The notes under the pieces are model-generated. The model searched no databases. It saw only the letters and a program-made list of their open reading frames with translations, and was not told where the DNA came from. The translations under genes were made by a program, and so were the position numbers. 64,000 nt of DNA from Arenicellales bacterium (lineage in GTDB: Bacteria > Pseudomonadota > Gammaproteobacteria > Arenicellales > JAJDZL01): contig OZ244840.1 in NCBI GenBank assembly GCA_965220725.1, positions 1,869,399-1,933,398 of the forward strand, in the 5' to 3' direction. Shown here piece by piece: positions 42,779 through 52,182 of the stretch (the stretch's first letter is position 1; each line of letters starts with the position of its first letter).

Positions 42779-45400
42779 TCAGGCAGTCGCCAATTCGCGT
42801 TTTTTGCGTCTTGACTGCACCAGAACAACACCGGCAAGCACAATCAACGCCGGGATGTAGAAGATTTCCTTGGGCATCCGCTCACTGGGTTGCTGAATGT
42901 GGTCGATGACAACGGGTGTGTCGGAATAAAAATCAAACAGATCACCGATCTTGATGAAAAGATCGGTTCCGACAAATGGCTCCTCAATTCTCATTTGTCC
43001 GTCTTCATTGGTCACCGTCAATCCTGCCCCGCTGAGTCGCCTTTCCGCTTCAGCGAGGTCACCGAGTGGCACCAGGACAGTGGTACTCTTGATTTCTCCG
43101 GTATCAAAGTCGGGCCCGGAAACAACAATCGACATCACGCCGTTTTGCGGTATGTCGCGAACGATCTCATACACCTTAGTCGGTTCCACCTGCAGATGCG
43201 GTGGCTGAAACTGGTCAAGCCAGTAACCTGGTCTGAACAGTGTGAAAGCGACCAGCAGCAGCACCGCAGATTCCCACAACCTGTTGCGGGTGATCATGTA
43301 GCGCTGTGTCGCCGATGCAAACAGCATCATGGCAATCACGGCGACAATGAAAACAAATACAGCCTTCAGCGGTGACACGTCGATCAGCAGCAAGTCGGTG
43401 TTGAAGATGAAAAGGAACGGCAGCAGCGCGGTCCTGATGTCGTATGCAAATCCCTGGATACCGGTCTTGATTGGATCGCCTTTCGAGATGGCAGCCGCCG
43501 CAAAGGCGGCGAGTCCGACCGGAGGTGTGTCATCTGCAAGTATGCCAAAGTAAAAGACAAAAAGATGCACGGCGATGACCGGTACGACCAGGCCGTTCTG
43601 GGCGCCAAGCAGCAAGATGACCGGCGCCATGAGTGATGAGACAACAATGTAGTTCGCAGTAGTTGGCAGCCCCATGCCGAGAATCAGACTCATCACCGCA
43701 ACCAGCAACAGCATGGCGATCAGGCTGCCGCCTGACAGAAACTCAACAAACTCACCAACGACCTGATGTGCGCCGGTCAGCGATATGGTGCCCACGATGA
43801 TGCCCGCGGCACCCGTGGCAACTGCGATGGCGACCATGTTGGAGGATCCGGCGATCATGCCATCTTTCCATTCAGTCACGCCTTTTCTGAATTCTGCGGA
43901 CAGATTTCCTGTTTTCCGGAATATTGCCTTGAGTGGGTGCTGGGTGACCGCTACGGTTGTAATGGCGATCATCGCCCAGAATGCCGAGAAAGACGGTGAG
44001 AGACGTTCAATCACAATGCACCAGATCAGGATCACGATCGGCAACACATAGTAGAGTCCGACGATTGCGGTTTCGCCTGCCCGGGGCAATTCTGTAATCG
44101 GTGCGTCTGGTTCGTCAACTACGAGGTCGGGTCGTCTTGCGGAAAGCCAGATCAGCGCAAGATAAGCAATCGTACACAAAACCACGACGATGGTGAAGGC
44201 GGCTGATGGGAAGACGACCTTGATCCAGCCCATTCCAAAGTAAACCGCCAAGCCAAGCAGGGCGATTGCAATGAAGCCGCCCAGGAATCCGATGAGTTTG
44301 GTCATCAACGTCAGTGACGATGGTGGTTTGGGCAAACCCTTGAGATTCAGCTTGAGTGCTTCGAGATGAACAATGTAAACCAGCGCGATATAGGAAACCA
44401 GCGCGGGAACCAATGCATGCTTGATGATCTCGGTATAACTGATTCCGGTGAACTCGGCGATAAGGAATGCGGCAGCACCCATCACCGGCGGAGTCAGCTG
44501 TCCATTGGTGGAGGATGCAACCTCCACGGCTCCGGCTTTTTCGGGCGAGAGGCCGGTTCTTTTCATCAACGGGATGGTGAATGTTCCCGTAGTGACGGTA
44601 TTGGCAATTGACGAGCCGGAATACAAGCCGCTCATGGCGGATGCGAGTACAGCGGCCTTTGCAGGTCCGCCGCGCAGATGGCCCAAAAGCGCGAACGCGA
44701 CCTTGATGAAGAAATTCCCCGCACCGGATTTTTCGAGAATCGAACCGAACAGCACGAATAGAAAGATCAAGGACGCGGAAACCCCGAGCGCAACGCCAAA
44801 CACCCCCTCATTCTGCATCCAGTAATGCCACATGGCCTTGCCAAACGACGCGCCTTTCCACTGAACGGTCTCAGGCAGAAAATCGGAATGGCCAAAAAAT
44901 ACATACAGCACGAACACCGATGCCACGATCAGCAATGGTAGCCCCAGTGCACGATACACCGTAATGGCGAGTACGATCATCCCGATGGTCGAGATGACAA
45001 GGTCGCCGGTAGTCGGGAGTCCTGCACGCACTGCGATCTCATTGCGAAGCACGACGATGTAGAGGCACGACACTACGCCGAGTACGATCAGGATCCAGTC
45101 ATACCAGGGAATATGTGACTTCGGACTGGACTTCAACAATGGAAATGACATTGTTGCCAGCACGAAAGCGAAGGCAAGGTGAATGAGTCGGGCATTCGCG
45201 CTGGTGACAACCAGCGAAATACCTGTGAGTTCGGTCAGGAAAAACGGAAAATTCGAAGAGATGTAGATTTGAAACAGTGCCCAGACGAAGGCAATGATCA
45301 GGATCAGACGGCCCTGCCAGCCGGTAGCGGCACGAGACCCGGTATCGGCGCTGGCAAGAATCTCCGCAGCCGATGTATCGGGTTTCGTATCGTTTGACAT
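42779..45400 (-). CDS. TAXI-TRAP fused 4TM/12TM permease with C-terminal extension
   Basis: GGPAKAAV, GSSIANTVTTG, PPVMGAAAF, GMGLPTTANY, TPPVGLAAFA. Confidence 0.93.
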   Translation of the reverse strand: MSNDTKPDTSAAEILASADTGSRAATGWQGRLILIIAFVWALFQIYISSNFPFFLTELTGISLVVTSANARLIHLAFAFVLATMSFPLLKSSPKSHIPWYDWILIVLGVVSCLYIVVLRNEIAVRAGLPTTGDLVISTIGMIVLAITVYRALGLPLLIVASVFVLYVFFGHSDFLPETVQWKGASFGKAMWHYWMQNEGVFGVALGVSASLIFLFVLFGSILEKSGAGNFFIKVAFALLGHLRGGPAKAAVLASAMSGLYSGSSIANTVTTGTFTIPLMKRTGLSPEKAGAVEVASSTNGQLTPPVMGAAAFLIAEFTGISYTEIIKHALVPALVSYIALVYIVHLEALKLNLKGLPKPPSSLTLMTKLIGFLGGFIAIALLGLAVYFGMGWIKVVFPSAAFTIVVVLCTIAYLALIWLSARRPDLVVDEPDAPITELPRAGETAIVGLYYVLPIVILIWCIVIERLSPSFSAFWAMIAITTVAVTQHPLKAIFRKTGNLSAEFRKGVTEWKDGMIAGSSNMVAIAVATGAAGIIVGTISLTGAHQVVGEFVEFLSGGSLIAMLLLVAVMSLILGMGLPTTANYIVVSSLMAPVILLLGAQNGLVVPVIAVHLFVFYFGILADDTPPVGLAAFAAAAISKGDPIKTGIQGFAYDIRTALLPFLFIFNTDLLLIDVSPLKAVFVFIVAVIAMMLFASATQRYMITRNRLWESAVLLLVAFTLFRPGYWLDQFQPPHLQVEPTKVYEIVRDIPQNGVMSIVVSGPDFDTGEIKSTTVLVPLGDLAEAERRLSGAGLTVTNEDGQMRIEEPFVGTDLFIKIGDLFDFYSDTPVVIDHIQQPSERMPKEIFYIPALIVLAGVVLVQSRRKKRELATA

Positions 45401-45438
45401 GGGAAAATTCAGATTGTGGGAGTCAGGTTACAGAATGA

Positions 45439-45467
45439 AGCCGGGGGAGATTTGATCTCCCCCGGCT
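45439..45467 (-). terminator. intercistronic stem-loop after the TAXI SBP gene
   Basis: AGCCGGGGGAGAT-ttg-ATCTCCCCCGGCT perfect 13-bp stem. Confidence 0.7.
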
Positions 45468-45481
45468 GTAAGTTCTGAATG

Positions 45482-46450
45482 TTACATCCAGCCTCTTTCC
45501 TTGTAGTATCTCATTGCGCCTTCATGCAAAGGAGCGGACAGAGAATCGGAAATCATCTCCTCGGGTTTGAGATTGGCAAATGCCGGATGCAGTTTCTTGA
45601 ATGCATCGAAGTTGTCGAAAACCGCCTTGACAACGATATAGACAACATCAGCAGGCACATCGGCACTGGTCACGAATGTCGCACCCACACCGAAAGTGGT
45701 GATGTCGGATTCGTTGTTGTACATGCCGGCTGGAATGGTGGCAGTCCGATAGTAGGAATTATCCGCAACCAGCTTATCGATCGCATCACCTGTTGCATTG
45801 ACAAGGTGACTCGGGCAGGTTGAAAGTGATTCCTGGGTCAGCGCTGAAGGATGTCCCACCAGCCAGAAGTAGGCGTCGATTTTTCGATCGCAGACTGCCT
45901 GACCTGTTTCGGCTGATTTCATCTCGGCTGCCAGTTTCAGATCACTGCGGCTCCATCCAAGGGCTTCCTCGATGACTTCCCAGGTGCCGCGCGTACCGGA
46001 ACCTGGATTGCCGATGTTGACGCGATTGCCTTTCAGGTCCGTGATGTTCTGGATTCCGGAATCAGCGTGGGCGATGATCGTAACGGGTTCCGGATGTACC
46101 GAAAACACGGCTCTCAGTGATTCGAACTTGCCTTGGTCTTCAAACTTGGATGTGCCGTGGTAGGCATGGTATTGCCAGTCTGACTGGGCGACTCCAAATT
46201 CCAACTCACCCGCACGGATGGTGTTGATATTGTAGATTGATCCACCGGTAGACTCTGCCGAGCAGCGAATGCCGTGCTCTTTGCGGTCCTTGTTTACCAA
46301 TCTACAGATCGCGCCGCCCGTCGGATAATACACTCCGGTCACACCACCAGTTCCAATACTGATGAACTGTTGCTGACTTTGTGCGGGAATGATGCCTGCG
46401 GTCAATGTCATGAACAGTGAGGCGGCAATTGCAATAATCGATTTTTTCAT
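45482..46450 (-). CDS. TAXI family TRAP solute-binding protein
   Basis: IGTGGVTGVYY, STGGS, GNPGSG, PLHEGA; signal peptide from ATG 46450. Confidence 0.94.
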   Translation of the reverse strand: MKKSIIAIAASLFMTLTAGIIPAQSQQQFISIGTGGVTGVYYPTGGAICRLVNKDRKEHGIRCSAESTGGSIYNINTIRAGELEFGVAQSDWQYHAYHGTSKFEDQGKFESLRAVFSVHPEPVTIIAHADSGIQNITDLKGNRVNIGNPGSGTRGTWEVIEEALGWSRSDLKLAAEMKSAETGQAVCDRKIDAYFWLVGHPSALTQESLSTCPSHLVNATGDAIDKLVADNSYYRTATIPAGMYNNESDITTFGVGATFVTSADVPADVVYIVVKAVFDNFDAFKKLHPAFANLKPEEMISDSLSAPLHEGAMRYYKERGWM

Positions 46451-46681
46451 AACTACAACTCCATTTTGGATTTTCAAAGAATTTAAGCATTGTAACTGAA
46501 CTTCTCGATTTTTTTGATTCAAATCTGCTTTTCGCTTGGTTGAGTCTTAAAAATTAATTTGATTTGCAGCTATCTACGTCCACAAAGAAATTTCGGTTAC
46601 GCTATCGTAAACACTCTGTATCGATGAATCTAAGAAATAATTTGAGTGGGTTGTCTTGGCAGCAATATGATCCCAAACGTT

Positions 46682-47500
46682 CTAGAAAAGAGATGGTTGC
46701 GAATTAAATGGCGGGTGAAATGTGCCAATAATGACGTATGGATTTGGAGCTCGTTTATGCCACTCTTTTGTGGTTCCAAGAAATAGGTGAAGATCCTTGG
46801 TTCGAGTAAAATCATAAAAGTATTTTTGTTTTACCTTTGCAATTGCGGCTTGTTCGTCTCCTTCTTTTTTCAGACAATTCCAATAGAGTTGACCAATTTC
46901 CCAGTCGATAATCATCAAAGTGCTCTCTTTGCCTTCGTTATCAGCAAAGCGATAAGAAAACTTGTATGGCAATTTTGGCATCAATTTAAAATCACTTCGG
47001 TCCATGTCGTCAAAGAGTGAACCCTGTTTCAGCGCCGCTTCCGCCGCTTCTCTTTTGCTGAAAGACCATTCCCTTTCTACCTCTTCAAATAGAAAATCTT
47101 TCACCTCGCTCGGTTTGAAAATTACCAACGAATATTCATTCCTTTTTGCTGCGCCAATTATGGTGTTGAGATTGGTATGTACTGTATTCTTCAATAGGAT
47201 TAGATTTCTGCGCAGCTCCCAATTTTGATCGGTTGGTATGAATTGACTTAGGCTAATATTGCTAATATCACGTGGACGAAAGCTTTCTGGTCTGGAGTCT
47301 TTTGAGTTCTTTTCAATTTCCAACTCTATCCATTGGTATTTTTTGAAGCGTTGGTCAAAATCCAAAAATCTAAATGGGGTTGGGTACAGTCGAATCCATG
47401 AACCATCTTCTTTAAACCCAGCTATGCAAGTGAGTTCAATATGCTTTGCAGAAAGCGTGGGGTAAGTTTTGACGGCAACAAGAATGCGTTCTTTGTTCAT
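46682..47500 (-). CDS. conserved hypothetical protein, DUF488-associated
   Basis: VKTYP...CIAG...WIRLYP.PFR...DSRPES motifs; AT-rich; 10 bp downstream of the DUF488 gene. Confidence 0.7.
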   Translation of the reverse strand: MNKERILVAVKTYPTLSAKHIELTCIAGFKEDGSWIRLYPTPFRFLDFDQRFKKYQWIELEIEKNSKDSRPESFRPRDISNISLSQFIPTDQNWELRRNLILLKNTVHTNLNTIIGAAKRNEYSLVIFKPSEVKDFLFEEVEREWSFSKREAAEAALKQGSLFDDMDRSDFKLMPKLPYKFSYRFADNEGKESTLMIIDWEIGQLYWNCLKKEGDEQAAIAKVKQKYFYDFTRTKDLHLFLGTTKEWHKRAPNPYVIIGTFHPPFNSQPSLF

Positions 47501-47510
47501 TCAGAATTTC

Positions 47511-48422
47511 TCAAATGTGTTTTATCTCATACTGCCAATCGGGAAGCTTTGAAAGTGCTGTAGCGACACAACTACGGTGACACATAGTTGCATCAGCTTC
47601 AAAGCATGTAATGGCAATTCGCTTATAGCTCCGGAACACTTGATTCAGCATATCAATTGCATGAGAATTCTGCTTAAGCGTTGTTGCTTCGTAGTCATCG
47701 AATAAATGCTCATAGTCTTGCATTGAACGTAAGTTTTTTCGTTTCTTCGAGTCAATTCCCAATTCTGGAAAATGTAAATACTCAATATTTAGTTTGTTCA
47801 ATGTATCCGATAAGGTTGATTGAGAAAAACCATAACTTCGACTAAACGGATTTCGCCTGACATCGCACAGGATTCTTACATTATTCTGAATCAATCGATT
47901 CAAGTAGTTCTCAAAGGAATTTCCTTCATAACCAATAGTGAATAGTCTGTATCCATCACTTTTTGGCCTTGCGTTGTCTATTTTGGCTAGTTCTTCACGA
48001 TTCATCAAATATGCGGCTTTCTCACTGTTTATCGCAAAGTACGGAAAATTTCTATACACGTGGCGAACTAAAGAGTCTCCCTTTAATCTTCTGAATTTAT
48101 TGACAAACGAAATGATCTTTTCTTGATCAGACGTATCGATTTGTGAGATATAGTCAGCATCAACAGATGTTAATCTCCAGTAACCTTCTTCATCCACAAT
48201 TGCTCCAATGCCGATTAGACGCCGTCGATCCGCGTAAGATTGGAATGAAAAACATCCGAATTTATACGGAACAAACTCATAACTTTTTCCAAGGTCATAA
48301 GTTTGTGTAAGCAAAAACAAATACTTCTGCAGATCTATGTTCGACAAACGTCCTCCAAAAGCTTGTAGCAAGGCTAGAACTAATTTTTGACGTCGGAACA
48401 AGAATATTCTGGGTTGAGCCAT
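47511..48422 (-). CDS. DUF488 domain protein with N-terminal wHTH-like (Panacea/DarG-C-like) domain
   Basis: C-terminal LFTIGYEG, DVRRNPFSR, ELGI and CFEAD...CHR; N-terminal LQKYLFL...FVPYKFGCFS. Confidence 0.82.
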   Translation of the reverse strand: MAQPRIFLFRRQKLVLALLQAFGGRLSNIDLQKYLFLLTQTYDLGKSYEFVPYKFGCFSFQSYADRRRLIGIGAIVDEEGYWRLTSVDADYISQIDTSDQEKIISFVNKFRRLKGDSLVRHVYRNFPYFAINSEKAAYLMNREELAKIDNARPKSDGYRLFTIGYEGNSFENYLNRLIQNNVRILCDVRRNPFSRSYGFSQSTLSDTLNKLNIEYLHFPELGIDSKKRKNLRSMQDYEHLFDDYEATTLKQNSHAIDMLNQVFRSYKRIAITCFEADATMCHRSCVATALSKLPDWQYEIKHI

Positions 48423-48606
48423 TTTTCATACCTGTTCACTTATGTGAACAATTTGATTTGGGAATTTATAGATTTGCGAATTTTTCTACCAGACTGATTT
48501 ACAGAACCAACCTTTCTCGTTGTAGAACAATTCATTGAATAGCAAAATTATCCCATAATTCCGTGTTCAATTATTGGTGATGGTAAATATATTATACAAA
48601 TGTTTG

Positions 48607-50274
48607 TTATTGTTCCACCGACCAGTTCTCCACCCACAGGGTGGTTGAAGAGATGTTGCCTGTAGGTTCAATCCCCTTGAGCCACTTCGGGATGATGAAC
48701 GAGTCCGATCGGAAATAAAGCGGCAGCACCGGCAGCTCCTCGACGTACAGATTCTGAATCCGATCAAAGATCTGTTTGCGCTCCTCCTTGTTCAAGGTGA
48801 TTTCAACCTCGTCGATCAGCCGGTCCATCTCAGGATTTTGATAGCCGGTATAGTTTGATCCCACCCATTTGTTCTCCTCGGTTGGGATTTCACTGGAGTG
48901 CAGGGTGGTCCGCGGCGAACTCTCCGGATTGCTGATCCATGCGAACATCGCGAGTCCCGAAAACAGCCGCTTCGATACCGTCTCTCCAAAAAACACTCGG
49001 GGCGGCTGGTTTCGGATCCGTACGTCCACACCGACCTGCTGCCACTGACTCTGCAAGACCTGCTGTACGGCTTCCCGGACCCGCGAGCCGGCCGTGGTGC
49101 CGAATTCCAGGCGCAGGGGTTCATTGTCGGCATTGTATCGGACGTCCTTGATGATTTTGCTCCAGCCGGCTTCGTCCAACAGGGACGCCGCCAGCTCCGG
49201 ATCGTACGCATATCTGCGAATGTTGGTGTTGTAGGTGGGATCAAGCGGATTTACAAACACGTCGGCGACCGGCTGCTTGCCGCTGAACAGATGATCGCTG
49301 ATGGCCTGTCGGTCGATGGCATGGATCAGTGCGCGCCGTACCCGAAGATTCGCCAGTATCGGATTGTCCAGATTGAGGTCGATGTGTTCGTATATCAGAC
49401 CGGGATGAAAGATGAAGTCGTAGTCATCCGGATAACGCTTTTGGATGGCCAGTGCCTGATCCACCGTGACACCCAGTGTGCCCGATATGTAGTCGATGGA
49501 TCCTGACAGCAGGTTTGCCTCAAGCGCGGCGGTGTTCTCGATGATCCGGATGATGATCTTTGAAAAATGCGGTGTTTGGCCCCACCAGGATTCGTTTCGG
49601 ACGAATTCGATGTAGGCGCCTGGGTCGACTTTGGAGATGCGGTAGGGGCCGAAGTAGAGTCCCGGATTGAGCGTGTCGTTGTCATAGGTGTTGCGGTTTC
49701 GGTACTCGCTCGGTTCAGCGAATGCCGTACGGTCCACGTGCTCGGGCAGAAGGTAGAGCCCAAGATCGTTGTACTTGAACTCAACCCGGTCCATCTTGAG
49801 TGTGAATGTCTTGTCATCCACAACCTCGACCGCGACAACCCGTCGATAAAACTCCGCTCCCAGCACACCGCTTTGTGGATTTTTGCCAACTTCGATGGTG
49901 TATTCGACATCCCGGGTTGTAACCGGTGTGCCATCACCCCAGGTTGCGTTCGGCTGCAGTGTATAGGTGACTGCCATTCCCTGCTTGCCGTCATCCAGTT
50001 CAATCACCTTGGCACCACCATTTTCGATGGTGGGCAGAGACGTACACAGGAGGCAGATCAGGTTCCAGTCCTTGTCGTAGGTGGTGATCGGACGCATGGT
50101 GAGATTCAAGGCGTAGTATTTCGCCAGCATGGACTCAAAGTTGGGATGGAACGATGCCGGGAATTGAGACATTCCAATGACCAGCGTGTCCTTGTCATTG
50201 GCATGTGAGGGCGGTGCGATTGCAACGAGTAGCGCGATACCGATTATGGCGGCGCTGAACCTGGTCTTGAGCAT
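48607..50274 (-). CDS. ABC peptide/nickel transporter substrate-binding protein (family 5), orphan
   Basis: WGDGTPVTTRDV, GPYRI, VRRALIHAIDR; signal peptide. Confidence 0.9.
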   Translation of the reverse strand: MLKTRFSAAIIGIALLVAIAPPSHANDKDTLVIGMSQFPASFHPNFESMLAKYYALNLTMRPITTYDKDWNLICLLCTSLPTIENGGAKVIELDDGKQGMAVTYTLQPNATWGDGTPVTTRDVEYTIEVGKNPQSGVLGAEFYRRVVAVEVVDDKTFTLKMDRVEFKYNDLGLYLLPEHVDRTAFAEPSEYRNRNTYDNDTLNPGLYFGPYRISKVDPGAYIEFVRNESWWGQTPHFSKIIIRIIENTAALEANLLSGSIDYISGTLGVTVDQALAIQKRYPDDYDFIFHPGLIYEHIDLNLDNPILANLRVRRALIHAIDRQAISDHLFSGKQPVADVFVNPLDPTYNTNIRRYAYDPELAASLLDEAGWSKIIKDVRYNADNEPLRLEFGTTAGSRVREAVQQVLQSQWQQVGVDVRIRNQPPRVFFGETVSKRLFSGLAMFAWISNPESSPRTTLHSSEIPTEENKWVGSNYTGYQNPEMDRLIDEVEITLNKEERKQIFDRIQNLYVEELPVLPLYFRSDSFIIPKWLKGIEPTGNISSTTLWVENWSVEQ

Positions 50275-50365
50275 GATGGAACCTGAGATCTTGGGAAATT
50301 CATATACTGTCCATAAGGTATTATAACGGCGGGTAAAATCAGTCGTTATCGCTGCAAAAGAGGCA

Positions 50366-51286
50366 ATGGATTCCATGTTGAAAATCGGTGTCAGCAGCTG
50401 TCTGGTCGGTGAGCCGGTCCGTTATGATGGCAACCACAAACGAAGCGCGGTGGTCGCCGCTTACCTGTCTTCAAATGTGGAGTTGATTCCTGTCTGTCCT
50501 GAAGTCGAGACCGGTATGGGCGTTCCGAGACCGCCGGTGCATCTGGTTTGCGATGAATCGGGTAAAACCCGCATGCAGGTAGTCGGGCGAAGGGATGTTG
50601 ATTTTACTGATCGAATGCGACATTTTGCGGCGAAGACACTCGGCGCACGGTTGAAGGGAATCAGCGGGTATGTGTTCAAATCGAGATCTCCGAGTTGCGG
50701 GATATCAGATGTCCCTGTTCTGGATGCCCAAACGGGCGGTGTGGTGCGAAAAGCAAATGGCTTGTACGCACATCAAATCTGTCGAAACCTGTCTTCGTTG
50801 CCGGTAGTGGATGAAACGAATCTTAAGAAGCTTGAGGATGTCCATCATTTTCTGGAACGCGCAACGGTTTATCAGCTCTGGCACGATCATGGTATCGCGA
50901 CGCAATCCACGCTGAAACTGTTTCATGAACAAGTCCGAGCACACGCAATGGCGCGAAGTGAAAAACTCGCAATCCAACTTGATCAGATCGCCGACTGTGA
51001 AGCCGACGGCTCGGCAGGCAGATATTTCGCAGTACTGATGGAAGGTTTGCGTGACCGGCCCAGTAACTCCGGTCATGTCAGGGCAATCGGCCATGAGTTG
51101 CAGCGAATATCAAAGCACAGTCAGGGGGCACGGCAACAGGCTGCAGCATGCAATCCTGAGATTTCGGACAAAATGGCTGCTGGTCGTGTGCAACTCCGAA
51201 AAATGTTGCACAACCAAGCCATTCCCAATCTCGAGGCATCAAGTTATTTGTCAGGTTATCTGCGGGAAATGAAAGACAGTTCCTGA
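50366..51286 (+). CDS. DUF523 (2-thiouracil desulfurase-like) + DUF1722-like protein (YbgA family)
   Basis: IGVSSCLVGEPVRYDG, CPEVETGMGVPR, KSRSPSCG. Confidence 0.85.
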   Translation: MDSMLKIGVSSCLVGEPVRYDGNHKRSAVVAAYLSSNVELIPVCPEVETGMGVPRPPVHLVCDESGKTRMQVVGRRDVDFTDRMRHFAAKTLGARLKGISGYVFKSRSPSCGISDVPVLDAQTGGVVRKANGLYAHQICRNLSSLPVVDETNLKKLEDVHHFLERATVYQLWHDHGIATQSTLKLFHEQVRAHAMARSEKLAIQLDQIADCEADGSAGRYFAVLMEGLRDRPSNSGHVRAIGHELQRISKHSQGARQQAAACNPEISDKMAAGRVQLRKMLHNQAIPNLEASSYLSGYLREMKDSS

Positions 51287-51696
51287 GGTATGCATCGGTC
51301 ACACCGATTCCATTCGTTTTACGAGCAGGGAAGCTAGTGCAAACCGCAGAATTTCAGGCTTGTTGTCCAAAGGAAAACTGTATGCGCGGCGCTCGACATT
51401 GCACTCGTCCGGGTTGGACATGATGCAGTTTCAATTCCCGAATCCGCATTCCGGAATGGTCTTTCAGTCGGCACTGTTGTCGCGGGCGACGAATAATCAG
51501 TACCGATAAAAATCTTGACTATAATACCTCGCAGAATTGAATGCGTATGCCTCAAATCACCGGCAGTTGAAAAGACAGATTTACTTCCATGCGTGTTGGG
51601 TTCAATGCGGTCCGTTATTTTGACGGAGCGTTTGGTATTGTACTTTTTTGCCGTGAGGCATGATTTTTGTAAGAATATTGGGAGAGTTAATCTACG

Positions 51697-52161
51697 ATGC
51701 CTACTTATGTAAGAACAGACAAATGTGACGGATGCAAGGGTCAGGACAAGACCGCCTGCATGTACATTTGTCCACACGACCTCATGATGTTGGACAAGGA
51801 CGGTTCGGAGACCGGGCATGCGATGAAAGCATACAACCAGGAACCTGAGCAGTGCTGGGAATGTTATTCCTGTGTCAAGATCTGCCCCCAGCAGGCAATC
51901 GAGGTCCGCCATTATGCGGATGTCGTACCACTAGGCGCATCAGTGCAGCCGTTGCGTGGAACAGACTCCATCATGTGGACCATCAAATTTCGAAACGGTA
52001 CCCGCAAGCGGTTCAAGTTTCCCATTCGAACAACGCCTGAGGGGTCTGCTGAGCCCTATCTGGGCAAACCCGATGCGAACTTTGATGAGATCAAGGACCA
52101 TACGGTGCTCTTCACCAAAGGCACGCACTCCTGTGACATGTCACAGTTTGTGAATGCTTAA
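51697..52161 (+). CDS. aprB: adenylylsulfate reductase beta subunit
   Basis: CDGCKGQDKTACMYICP, CWECYSCVKICP, KRFKFPIRTT. Confidence 0.97.
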   Translation: MPTYVRTDKCDGCKGQDKTACMYICPHDLMMLDKDGSETGHAMKAYNQEPEQCWECYSCVKICPQQAIEVRHYADVVPLGASVQPLRGTDSIMWTIKFRNGTRKRFKFPIRTTPEGSAEPYLGKPDANFDEIKDHTVLFTKGTHSCDMSQFVNA

Positions 52162-52182
52162 ACCTCAGGGAGGAAATTACTA

